Origin: an archaeon
GTDB lineage: Archaea > Iainarchaeota > Iainarchaeia > Iainarchaeales > 0-14-0-20-34-12
Reading direction: 5' to 3'
NCBI GenBank assembly: GCA_038046645.1
Contig: JBBSVU010000005.1
Coordinates: forward strand, 59,987 to 74,187
DNA length: 14,201 bases
The first letter of the stretch is position 1, and each line of letters begins with the position of its first letter. Positions 1 through 7,844 of the stretch are shown piece by piece. The notes under the pieces were generated by a model that worked only from the letters and a program-made list of their open reading frames with translations, was not told the DNA's origin and ran no database searches. A program made the position numbers and the translations under genes.

Positions 1-16
1 TGTTGGGGTATTTTGC

Positions 17-1309
17 ATGGCTGATAGCTTTGAAGCTCTTAAGAAAGTAGATCCAGATGTTTATTCTGCATTAATGTCTGAGATGGAAAGGCAGCAATCA
101 GGAATTGAATTAATACCTTCAGAAAATTATGTTTCTGAAGCTGTCCTTGAAGCTATTGGCAGCGTTTTCACAAATAAATATTCTGAAGGCTACCCAGGAA
201 AGAGATATTATGGCGGAAACCAGTATACTGATGTTGTTGAAATATTAGCAAGGGAAAGGGCAAAGAAATTATTTAAATGCGATCATGCAAATGTTCAGCC
301 ATTATCAGGGAGTCCGATGAACCAAGCTGTTTATTTAGCATTTTTAAAGCCAGGCGACACTATTTTAGGAATGGATTTATCCCATGGCGGCCATTTAACT
401 CATGGATCGCCAGTAAGCCATATGGGAAAATTGTTTAATTTTGTAAGATATAAAACACACCCTGAAGAGAATGGAAGGATTGATTTTGATGAATTGATGA
501 AGGTTGCAAAGGAAACAAAACCAAAGATTGTTTTATGCGGTTATACCAGTTATCCAAGGGATTATGATTACAAATACTTTAAGGAAATTGCAGATGCAGT
601 TGGCGCGATAACAATGGCAGACATTGCGCACATTGGCGGTTTGGTAGCTGCAGGCGCAATGAGAAACCCATTTGATTATGGTTTTGATATTGTCACAACA
701 ACAACGCATAAAACATTAAGAGGGCCAAGAGGAGGAATAATACTTTGCAAAAAGGAATTTTCCGAAATTATTGACAAATCTGTTTTTCCGGGATTGCAGG
801 GCGGTCCTCATATGAATACAATTGCAGGGATAGCAGTTGCATTAAATGAAGCATTGCAGCCGGAGTTCAAGGATTATGCAAAACAGGTTCTTACAAATTC
901 CAAGGTTCTAGCGAAAACACTTATGGATTCAGGCATAAAACTTGTTACAAACGGGACAGACAATCACATGATGGTTGCAGACATAGTGAAAAGCTTTGGC
1001 TATGACGGAAAGGAAGCTGAACAAATATTGGATAAGATTGCAATTACTGTGAATAAACAAGTAATTCCTGATGATGCTAATCCGCCTTTAAGGCCTAGTG
1101 GCATAAGGATAGGTACACCAGCAGCAACAACAAGGGGAATGAAAGAAGCAGAGATGGAAAAATTAGGAAAATGGATTTCTGAGGCATTGCAGTCAAAGGA
1201 TGATGAACAGAAACTTGCAAGGATAAAAGATGATGTAATGAAGATGTGCAAAACATTTAAGGTGCCAGGGATAAAGGTAAGCAGTTACTTAGGCGAAAAA
1301 GAAAACTAA
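17..1309 (+). CDS. glyA: Serine hydroxymethyltransferase (bacterial-type)
   Basis: 430 aa. Contains LIPSENY, NKYSEGYPGKRYYGG, HGGHLTHG, the PLP-lysine motif TTTTHKTLRGPRGG, FPGLQGGP and SGIRIGTPAATTRG. Confidence 0.98.
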   Translation: MADSFEALKKVDPDVYSALMSEMERQQSGIELIPSENYVSEAVLEAIGSVFTNKYSEGYPGKRYYGGNQYTDVVEILARERAKKLFKCDHANVQPLSGSPMNQAVYLAFLKPGDTILGMDLSHGGHLTHGSPVSHMGKLFNFVRYKTHPEENGRIDFDELMKVAKETKPKIVLCGYTSYPRDYDYKYFKEIADAVGAITMADIAHIGGLVAAGAMRNPFDYGFDIVTTTTHKTLRGPRGGIILCKKEFSEIIDKSVFPGLQGGPHMNTIAGIAVALNEALQPEFKDYAKQVLTNSKVLAKTLMDSGIKLVTNGTDNHMMVADIVKSFGYDGKEAEQILDKIAITVNKQVIPDDANPPLRPSGIRIGTPAATTRGMKEAEMEKLGKWISEALQSKDDEQKLARIKDDVMKMCKTFKVPGIKVSSYLGEKEN

Positions 1310-1370
1310 GTGTAAAAATCAGATTATTTATTCCTTTAGGCACGAAATAAATTATATAAAATTCCAAAAT

Positions 1371-2165
1371 TTATTTCCATCTTGTGAAATCTGCCTTAAT
1401 TCTAGCAAGTTGGGCTCTCACATAAGTTTCTGAATCATTTCCAGCCCTGCTAACTTGTGTTGCTATCTCAGTTATACTTCCCAATTGGTCCAAAAATTTC
1501 CTGCGCCTAACAAATTTTTCCCCTTTGTATTCTGCCCTATGGGCAAGGTCTGTTTCAGTTGCAGCAGTTATTTGCCCTAAAATCATAATAATTTCATTAA
1601 AAATTTCATTTCTATTTTCAGGAAGTTGCTTTAGCAGTGCATCAATGTTTCTTACCCTTTTTGCTTCTTCAACACCTTCAATATTTTTCAACAATTTTTT
1701 AAAAGCAGTTGAGACAGGTTCTCTGGCAGTTTCTGCAAGCCTTATAAAATCAGGAAGTGTTTCAGCAAATGCAGCAGGCTGCCTGCTATTTATGCAAGAA
1801 ACTAAAACTCTTCTGGCAGTTTCTCTTGCCGCATCCTCATTCATTTTTTCTAAGTGATTACCCAAAACAGTATCTACCTTGTCTAAAAAAACACTTAATT
1901 CAGGATTTTGAAATTCCCTCATTCTACTCTCAAGTTCACTGCTTAGGTTTGCAGTTCTTGCAGTTTTGCTTGCCGCAACTATTACCTTTCTTGCATCAAG
2001 AGTTTGAGTTGTTCTTACCATTACACCAAACAGTGCTTTGTCAACCACAGTTGTAGCTTTTATTGAAGGCTTTCTTTCGCCGTTGCCCCTATCTGCGGTT
2101 GCGGGTTTTTTTCTTCGTAATCTGTTGCGTATATTAGATATCCATCTGGGCAGTCTTATTGGCAT
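1371..2165 (-). CDS. Hypothetical, probably all-alpha protein with very basic N-terminus
   Basis: 264-aa ATG ORF filling the glyA-folD gap, convergent with glyA and divergent from folD. Begins MPIRLPRWISNIRNRLRRKK. No family motif recognised. Confidence 0.8.
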   Translation of the reverse strand: MPIRLPRWISNIRNRLRRKKPATADRGNGERKPSIKATTVVDKALFGVMVRTTQTLDARKVIVAASKTARTANLSSELESRMREFQNPELSVFLDKVDTVLGNHLEKMNEDAARETARRVLVSCINSRQPAAFAETLPDFIRLAETAREPVSTAFKKLLKNIEGVEEAKRVRNIDALLKQLPENRNEIFNEIIMILGQITAATETDLAHRAEYKGEKFVRRRKFLDQLGSITEIATQVSRAGNDSETYVRAQLARIKADFTRWK

Positions 2166-2182
2166 ATATACAGAAAGACCCT

Positions 2183-2199
2183 GTTTGTTTTAAATAAAC
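2183..2199. promoter_or_regulatory. Putative shared (bidirectional) archaeal TATA box
   Basis: GTTTGTTTTAAATAAAC is an imperfect palindrome with core TTTAAA at 2189-2194. The core is about 24 nt from the minus-strand ATG at 2165 and about 25 nt from the folD ATG at 2219. No SD precedes either start. Confidence 0.5.
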
Positions 2200-2218
2200 T
2201 ATTGACAATCTTTTTCAT

Positions 2219-3067
2219 ATGCCTGCGGCATTGCTTGACGGTTTAACACTTTCAAAAAGCATTGAAGAGACTATTTCAAAAAAGGTTTCTGATTTTAAGC
2301 AGAAAAATGGGATTATTCCCTGCCTCGCTGTTATCCTTGCAGGAAATAATGCTGCTTCTGAACTGTATGTGAGAAAGAAGCAGGAAGCATGCAAAAATGT
2401 GGGCATTAACTCATTAAAATTTTATTTTGCCGAAAATGTTTCAGAAGAGGAATTGCTGAAAAAGGTTGAAGAGATAAATTCAGATAAAAAAATCCATGCA
2501 GCAATTATTCAATTACCTTTGCCAAAGCACATAAACAAAACAAAAATCCTTAATGCATTATGCCCTTACAAAGATGCTGATGGTTTTACCTGCTGGAATT
2601 TAGGTAGAACATTGCAGGGAGAAGAGGAATTTTTGCCAGCAACAGTGCAGGGCATTATAACACTGCTCGAACATTATAAAATTGATTTGAAGGGAAAACA
2701 CGCAGTAATTGTTGGCCATTCATTAATTGTCGGAAGACCTCTTGCAGAAGCATTATTAAATAGAAATGCAACTGTAACAGTTTGCCATAAAGAAACCAAG
2801 AATCTTGCGAATCATGCAAAGCTAGCAGATATTTTAATTTCTGCAGTCGGAAAACCGAATTTAATTACTGCAAAAATGGTTAAGAAAGGTGCTGTTGTGA
2901 TTGATGTTGGCACAACAAAAGTAGGGAATAAACTCTTTGGCGATATTGATTTTAAAAATGTAAAAAAGAAAGCTTCATTCATTACTCCAGTTCCTGGTGG
3001 AGTAGGGCCAATGACTGTTTCAAGCCTGCTTGAGAATACTTTAAAATGTGCTGAAAAATTGAGGTAA
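2219..3067 (+). CDS. folD: Bifunctional methylenetetrahydrofolate dehydrogenase/cyclohydrolase
   Basis: 282 aa. Contains ASELYVRKK (YxxxK), IIQLPLP, KDADG, VIVGHSLIVGRP, VIDVG, GDIDF and ITPVPGGVGPMTV. Confidence 0.97.
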   Translation: MPAALLDGLTLSKSIEETISKKVSDFKQKNGIIPCLAVILAGNNAASELYVRKKQEACKNVGINSLKFYFAENVSEEELLKKVEEINSDKKIHAAIIQLPLPKHINKTKILNALCPYKDADGFTCWNLGRTLQGEEEFLPATVQGIITLLEHYKIDLKGKHAVIVGHSLIVGRPLAEALLNRNATVTVCHKETKNLANHAKLADILISAVGKPNLITAKMVKKGAVVIDVGTTKVGNKLFGDIDFKNVKKKASFITPVPGGVGPMTVSSLLENTLKCAEKLR

Positions 3068-3071
3068 AAAA

Positions 3072-3896
3072 ATGCCTGTTCCAAATACTGCACTTAGAAG
3101 GCCATCAAGACTCCCTGGAACATTATTAAAGCAGGCAAGGTTAAGGCATTCTGCACATTTGCTTAGGAAAGGAATGGCTTTTGCACAGGAACATGGTTTG
3201 GATAAAAGAGAACCTCAGGCATTTGCTGAAGCACAACGAAGATTAAAGGAAAAACAAAGGCAGATAAGGAGAGGGACTATGGGATTAAGCCCAGATGAAC
3301 GATATGACATTAAGCTTGAAACCACACGTTTATATCAGGGCACTCCTTGGGGCAAGGAAGTAAACCGCAGGGCTGCCGCCAAAACAAACAAAAGCCAAGG
3401 GCGAAAGCTTTCTTGGAATAACTACAAGTATTCCGTAAAAGGAAGGCTTGCTAAAAATATGTGGATGAAATCAGATAAAGGTAAGGTTGTGGGAAGAAAG
3501 GCCCAGGATAAATACCGAAAAACACCAAAAGGGATTATAGCTAAGCAAAGATGGGCCCACTCAGAAAAAGCAAAACGCCAGTACCGGTTTTACAGATCGC
3601 GAAAAGCTGTTAAGGAAACACTTGAAGGAAAAAGAGTGCCGAGATTTATTAATTTAAGATATGCACTGCTTCCAGCAATAGGTGAACAGAATTCTCGCAG
3701 GTTAGCTTACATGGCCCAATTTTTTAGTAAACCTGCTTTAATGCGCATTTTCAAGACAGTTGCAGATTCAGAAATATTGTGGCCAAAAAGATTGGATGAA
3801 AAAGAAAGGCCTTTTATAAAAGCAAGGTTATCAGCAGCAGCCAGGCAAGATGTTCCATTATCTGAGTTTTATCAGATGCTTAACAGTTTTTTGTAA
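3072..3896 (+). CDS. Basic repeat-array protein, paralog 1 (unknown function, possibly nucleic-acid binding)
   Basis: 274 aa, starting 4 nt after the folD stop with GAGGT at 3061-3065. Clearly homologous to 3905-4708 (ARLRH.HL.RKG..FA..HGLDK, LSPD.RY, TPWG, ALMR.FKT, FIK..LSAAA...PL.EFY). Confidence 0.85.
   Translation: MPVPNTALRRPSRLPGTLLKQARLRHSAHLLRKGMAFAQEHGLDKREPQAFAEAQRRLKEKQRQIRRGTMGLSPDERYDIKLETTRLYQGTPWGKEVNRRAAAKTNKSQGRKLSWNNYKYSVKGRLAKNMWMKSDKGKVVGRKAQDKYRKTPKGIIAKQRWAHSEKAKRQYRFYRSRKAVKETLEGKRVPRFINLRYALLPAIGEQNSRRLAYMAQFFSKPALMRIFKTVADSEILWPKRLDEKERPFIKARLSAAARQDVPLSEFYQMLNSFL
3333..3590 (+). repeat. Protein-level repeat array in paralog 1 (six units: 17,13,13,17,13,13 aa)
   Basis: YQGTPWGKEVNRRAAAK / TNKSQGRKLSWNN / YKYSVKGRLAKNM / WMKSDKGKVVGRKAQDK / YRKTPKGIIAKQR / WAHSEKAKRQYRF. 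Confidence 0.75.
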
Positions 3897-3904
3897 ATTA
3901 TTGA

Positions 3905-4708
3905 ATGATTATTATGCCCAAACCGCCAGCAAGGATTTTGCAATATGCAAGATTAAGGCATGAGACCCATTTGCGCAGAAAGGGCATTGAATTTGCAAGG
4001 CAGCATGGTCTGGATAAACAAAATCCAGGGGTTTTTGCAGAAGCCCAGGCAAGGTTAAAAGCAAGTGAAGCAGAAATAAGGAAAATGTCCAAAGCATTAA
4101 GCCCTGATGACAGGTATTCTGCTATATTGGAAGCGCAAAAAAAATATAGAAAAACCCCCTGGGGAAGAAAAGTTCTGGATGTTTCAAGAGCAAAATATGA
4201 AAAAACCCCGAGAGGAAGAGAAAGGAAAGCAGAATCAATGAAATCAGTTGCAGGCAAAGCAAGACTTAAACGTTATAGGCAATCTGAAAAGGGCAGAAAA
4301 GTAACCCGTACAGCAACCTCGCGCTATAGCAAAACTCCAAAAGGCATAGCCCAAAGGCAGCGTTTTCTTAGTTCAGAAAAAGGCATAAGGGTTAAAAAAA
4401 TGCAGAAGATTAGGTTGAGACTCTATTTTATATTGACCGGCAGGAATATTCCGACAAGAAAAAGCTTGCGGTATATTTTAGCTAATCTAATTGGCGAAGC
4501 AAATACAAACAGGGTAATGCCACATACTGAATTTTTTGATAATAATGCACTTATGCGAGTATTTAAAACAATGAACGAATCAAAATTGTTGCACCAGAAA
4601 AAATTGGATGAACCGGGAAGATTGTTTATTAAATCAAAGCTGTCTGCTGCTGCAAAAGCCGATATTCCATTAGCTGAGTTTTATCATTTATTAAGCAGTG
4701 TGTTATGA
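3905..4708 (+). CDS. Basic repeat-array protein, paralog 2
   Basis: 267 aa (the in-frame ATG at 3914, MPKPPAR, may be the true start). Tandem duplicate of 3072-3896, with similarity still visible at DNA level in the 5' part. Confidence 0.85.
   Translation: MIIMPKPPARILQYARLRHETHLRRKGIEFARQHGLDKQNPGVFAEAQARLKASEAEIRKMSKALSPDDRYSAILEAQKKYRKTPWGRKVLDVSRAKYEKTPRGRERKAESMKSVAGKARLKRYRQSEKGRKVTRTATSRYSKTPKGIAQRQRFLSSEKGIRVKKMQKIRLRLYFILTGRNIPTRKSLRYILANLIGEANTNRVMPHTEFFDNNALMRVFKTMNESKLLHQKKLDEPGRLFIKSKLSAAAKADIPLAEFYHLLSSVL
4145..4402 (+). repeat. Protein-level repeat array in paralog 2 (six units: 17,13,13,17,13,13 aa)
   Basis: YRKTPWGRKVLDVSRAK / YEKTPRGRERKAE / SMKSVAGKARLKR / YRQSEKGRKVTRTATSR / YSKTPKGIAQRQR / FLSSEKGIRVKKM. 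Confidence 0.8.
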
Positions 4709-4717
4709 TGTAATTAT

Positions 4718-4754
4718 CCCTGCTGTTTTTAACATATTTGTATTTTTAGCAGGG
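4718..4754. terminator. Possible hairpin/terminator after paralog 2
   Basis: CCCTGCT (4718-4724) and AGCAGGG (4748-4754) form an inverted repeat around a T-rich loop, starting about 10 nt after the stop codon. Confidence 0.3.
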
Positions 4755-4781
4755 TTAGATTTAATTAAAGGAAAATGACTA

Positions 4782-4800
4782 ATGCTTCATTTTGAAGCAT
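4782..4800. promoter_or_regulatory. Perfect inverted repeat, candidate operator of the TA operon
   Basis: ATGCTTCA-TTT-TGAAGCAT lies immediately upstream of a TATA-like TTTAAAT (4813-4819) and the SD AGGTGA (4841-4846). Confidence 0.45.
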
Positions 4801-4851
4801 AAACGATACATATTTAAATTATTTAAGCCAATATTCTTTTAGGTGATTTTT

Positions 4852-5094
4852 TTGAATGTGACTTTAAGGGGCAGAACTAAAGAGATTGTGGAAACAATGG
4901 TGAATGAAGGTTATGCTAATTCTTTGTCTGAAGCTATTAGGATGACTATTGTTGATTTTGGCCAACATCATTTGGACGAAGTAGGAATGGTTAACAGAAA
5001 ACTTGACAGAGTAGATGCTGATATAAAATCAGGAAAAAGAAAACTGCTAAATTCTAAAGAAGCGTTAGGTAGTTATGCAAAATACTTAAAGTGA
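4852..5094 (+). CDS. Ribbon-helix-helix (CopG/ParD-like) antitoxin
   Basis: NVTLRGRTKEIVETMVNEGYANSLSEAIRMTI fits the RHH strand-helix-G(Y)xSxSExIR pattern. I prefer TTG 4852 as start because the track's GTG at 4843 lies inside the SD AGGTGA. The stop overlaps the next gene (GTGA). Confidence 0.75.
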   Translation: MNVTLRGRTKEIVETMVNEGYANSLSEAIRMTIVDFGQHHLDEVGMVNRKLDRVDADIKSGKRKLLNSKEALGSYAKYLK

Positions 5095-5363
5095 TCATCA
5101 TCTACAAAGATACTTATGATGTGGATTGGTGCAAATACTTTAATGCTTTGGATAATGCCATCAAAGGGCATGTTGCAAAGAAAATACGAAAAATTCTTGA
5201 ATTCCCAAAGAAAAGGCATTTAGGGCAAAAAGCAAAATTTTTTGTTGATGAGATTGGCCAGCACAGGGTAATTTACCGTGTTTTTGACGAGACCAACGAA
5301 GTCAGGTTTTATTTTGTTGGCAATCACAAAGAATATGAAAGATGGCACAAAGCATATTTCTGA
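5091..5363 (+). CDS. RelE/ParE-superfamily type II toxin
   Basis: 90 aa, 4-nt overlap with the antitoxin. Pattern FNALDNAIKGHVAKKIRKILEFP...RHL...EIGQHRVIYRV....V.FYFVGNHKEY is typical of the RelE/ParE fold. Confidence 0.8.
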   Translation: MIIIYKDTYDVDWCKYFNALDNAIKGHVAKKIRKILEFPKKRHLGQKAKFFVDEIGQHRVIYRVFDETNEVRFYFVGNHKEYERWHKAYF

Positions 5364-5440
5364 AAGTAAATAGATTCTATGAAGTAAGAACCCCACTCCT
5401 TTTATTTTCTTGCAAGCATTATTTTTGTTGATGTGTTGAC

Positions 5441-6226
5441 ATGCTGAGAAAACTCATTGCGCCAAGAATATTACATGTTGCTCGCTTGAAGCATTTGGCT
5501 CATCTGCAGAAAAAACTGGTTGAGGCAGCAAAAAAAGCAGGCTTGCCTAGTGCTAAGCTTAAGAAAGGCAGGCAAAATATGCGGGATTTATTTAGGTTAG
5601 GCCGGGCAGGATCAAGGGGATTGACTCTTGATGAAAAAAAGCAGGTTAGAAATGCAAGGGATGGCATGTATGCCAGAACTCCTTGGGGAAAAAAGATAAA
5701 AAAAGTGGCAAAACAGAGGTATATGCAAACACCATTAGGTAAGGCTGCTAAGAAAAGGGATTATACTCGCCCAGAAGCAAAGGCAGCGCGAGCAAGATAC
5801 CGACAGTCTGAAAAAGGTCAGATAACTTTTGCAAAGATTGCTGTCAAGTATCGCAGAAGCGGCAAGCAGGCAAAAACCACTGCGAGATATCGTGGAAGAA
5901 TAGTGTTGCAGAAGGTTCTTTCCAGGGAGTTGCCTGCAAACCAAAAAAATTTAGGAAAAATTCTGGAAGCAGTCTTTCCAGAAAAAGCAGCCCAAGGAAT
6001 ACTTTCCCATATTGGTTATTTTAATGAACCAGCTCTGCTAAAAATATTCTCTGCGATAAATGAAAGTCAAATACTGCAAAGGCCCAGATTGTTCCAAGCT
6101 GATTTGGAATTTATTGAAGGAACTTTGGGCAATTTAGCGCGGAGCGAGAAAAACCAGATGATTGCAGACACTTACCGCCTTATGAATACTGCAATCCAGC
6201 GAAGAGCAAAGCAGTTGCACCCATAA
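5441..6226 (+). CDS. Basic repeat-array protein, paralog 3 (more diverged)
   Basis: 261 aa. ARLKHLAHL, LTLDE, YARTPWG, YRQSEKG and FNEPALLKIFSAINESQIL align with paralogs 1 and 2. Confidence 0.85.
   Translation: MLRKLIAPRILHVARLKHLAHLQKKLVEAAKKAGLPSAKLKKGRQNMRDLFRLGRAGSRGLTLDEKKQVRNARDGMYARTPWGKKIKKVAKQRYMQTPLGKAAKKRDYTRPEAKAARARYRQSEKGQITFAKIAVKYRRSGKQAKTTARYRGRIVLQKVLSRELPANQKNLGKILEAVFPEKAAQGILSHIGYFNEPALLKIFSAINESQILQRPRLFQADLEFIEGTLGNLARSEKNQMIADTYRLMNTAIQRRAKQLHP
5669..5887 (+). repeat. Protein-level repeat array in paralog 3 (five units: 17,13,13,17,13 aa)
   Basis: YARTPWGKKIKKVAKQR / YMQTPLGKAAKKR / DYTRPEAKAARAR / YRQSEKGQITFAKIAVK / YRRSGKQAKTTAR. Confidence 0.75.
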
Positions 6227-6261
6227 GATAGCAATAAAATAAGTTATCTGCTAATTTTTTT

Positions 6262-6882
6262 ATGCCGCAAAAAATAAATCTTGCAGTTTTAGGTTCCACG
6301 CGCGGGACAGACATGCAAGCAGTAATTGATGCAATCGAAAAAAAACAGCTGAATGCAGAAATCAAATTAGTAATTTCAAACAAACAAGATGCATTTATTT
6401 TGGAAAGAGCAAAAAATCATAATTTGAATGCAGTTTTCCTTGGCCCAAAAGGAAAATCCCGCGAGGAATATGATACAGAATTAATCCAGTTGATTGAGAA
6501 ATATAAAATTGATTTAATTCTTTTAATTGGCTACATGAAAATTCTTTCTAAAGAGTTTGTTGACAAATACAAAAACAAATGCTTAAACATTCACCCTTCA
6601 TTATTGCCTGCATTTGCCGGTGGCATGGACAGGAATGTGCATGAAGAGGTTTTGAAAGCTGGAGTAAAAGAAACAGGTTGTACGTTACATTTCATTACTG
6701 AGGAAGCCGATAAAGGGCCAATACTTTTGCAGAAAAAAGTTCCTGTTTCTGAGGATGAAACAGTCGATTCCCTGAAGGAAAAGGTTCAAAAAGCAGAACA
6801 GGATATTATATTGGAAGGAATAAGGTTATTTAGTGCAGGAAAAGTAAGGATTGAAGAAGATAAAGTAAAAATTTTAGCATAA
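6262..6882 (+). CDS. purN: Phosphoribosylglycinamide formyltransferase
   Basis: 206 aa. Contains LVISNK, LLIGYMKILS, NIHPSLLP (catalytic N/H), TGCTLHF and DKGPI (catalytic D). The phosphate loop is the variant GSTRGTD. Confidence 0.96.
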   Translation: MPQKINLAVLGSTRGTDMQAVIDAIEKKQLNAEIKLVISNKQDAFILERAKNHNLNAVFLGPKGKSREEYDTELIQLIEKYKIDLILLIGYMKILSKEFVDKYKNKCLNIHPSLLPAFAGGMDRNVHEEVLKAGVKETGCTLHFITEEADKGPILLQKKVPVSEDETVDSLKEKVQKAEQDIILEGIRLFSAGKVRIEEDKVKILA

Positions 6883-6898
6883 TTGCTTATTGGTTATT

Positions 6899-7804
6899 AT
6901 GAATGTGAGAGCAAGATTTAGGGGCAAACCCTTTGGAAAAAGAATGGTTCCTGATAGAATTGCTGCAGGGGTTCACAAAAATATCAGGACAAGAAGTGAT
7001 TTTCGCGACAACACAGTGCAGGCAAAGGAAACAAGTTCTAAACAAGAAGAACAAGTAAGTAGGGCATATTGGGAAAGGGAAGAGCGAACAAGGGCAGAAT
7101 CTGCACTTTCTTTTAGATTTAACTTTTCAGAACACTTGCCTGATTTAAGAAAAGCAATTGTGCGTTCATTAAAACTGTCCCCTTCAGATATTGCTGGCAA
7201 AAAATTAGTTGTTGTTGCTGGTTTTGGCGGGCATTTTACAAATGCATTGCGTAAATTGGGATTTAATGTTGTTCATACCGATTTAGTGAAAGAATATACT
7301 AAGGGGGTTAAGGGAGTAAAAACAATTGCAGCATCCGCACACAAACTGCCAAGAATTTCTAAAGCTTTAGCTTATGTCAGCTTTGAGGGAAGGCCTGCTT
7401 TTAGGTATGTTAATGGCCATCTTGCATTTTTGAAAGGAATGGCAGAAACAGAGAAAGGCATACTTGATGTTAGGGCAGATCCCAGGTATGGCACTAGTGA
7501 AACAGTATTGTTATTTTCAACATTAGCTAATACCTATGGCTGCATTGCAGAAACTGCAAAACAAGGGCCTTTTGAAGTAGATGCTTTGCGCAACAAAGGC
7601 AAAAGCAGAGATAAGTTTAGGGTTGATGCTGCGGTATTATCAAAGATGTTATCTTCAAAAGGTACAATTTATGCAAAAGATGTTGCAAAGAAATTGGGCC
7701 TGAAAGAATCTGAAGTTATTAGGAGTTTTAAAAGGATAAATATTTTTATGACAACAGTTAATGAATCAATAAAGATTGCTGAAGAATTATCTATGTTTGA
7801 CTGA
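6899..7804 (+). CDS. Hypothetical protein: degenerate class I SAM-methyltransferase-like segment plus C-terminal HTH
   Basis: ATG at 6899 (track start is TTG 6890). KLVVVAGFGGHFTNALRKLGFNVVHTD resembles Rossmann/MTase motif I through the acidic end of beta-2. The C-terminal IYAKDVAKKLGLKESEVIRSFKRI is HTH-like. Confidence 0.65.
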   Translation: MNVRARFRGKPFGKRMVPDRIAAGVHKNIRTRSDFRDNTVQAKETSSKQEEQVSRAYWEREERTRAESALSFRFNFSEHLPDLRKAIVRSLKLSPSDIAGKKLVVVAGFGGHFTNALRKLGFNVVHTDLVKEYTKGVKGVKTIAASAHKLPRISKALAYVSFEGRPAFRYVNGHLAFLKGMAETEKGILDVRADPRYGTSETVLLFSTLANTYGCIAETAKQGPFEVDALRNKGKSRDKFRVDAAVLSKMLSSKGTIYAKDVAKKLGLKESEVIRSFKRINIFMTTVNESIKIAEELSMFD

Positions 7805-7844
7805 ATGTGTTAATAATAAAAACACATAATGAGTTGAATTTATT

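Noticed and set aside
1277..1309. Short GlyA C-terminal tail after VPGI
   Set aside because: Variable C-terminal tails of about 10 aa are common and carry no evident motif.
1000..2406. Track ORFs 1000-1251(-), 1525-1857(+), 1757-2056(+) and 2215-2406(-)
   Set aside because: They are antisense shadows of glyA, the 264-aa orphan and folD, with Ser/Phe/Leu-rich composition typical of non-coding reverse frames.
5385..5410. AGAACCCCACTCCTTTT resembling half of an IS200/IS605 end hairpin
   Set aside because: The complementary arm is absent and there is no tnpA/tnpB in the window. It is too short to support.
3333..5887. Repeat arrays as CRISPR, DGR template/variable repeats or homing endonucleases
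   Set aside because: The repeats exist only at protein level with degenerate DNA. There are no identical DNA repeats with spacers, no adenine-specific near-identical pair, no reverse transcriptase, and no HNH, GIY-YIG or LAGLIDADG motif.
1..7844. ZMP/ZTP or THF riboswitch upstream of glyA, folD, purN or purH
   Set aside because: The intergenic gaps are only 35-53 nt and AT-rich, with no room for the aptamers. Only 16 nt upstream of glyA are visible, so that position cannot be assessed.
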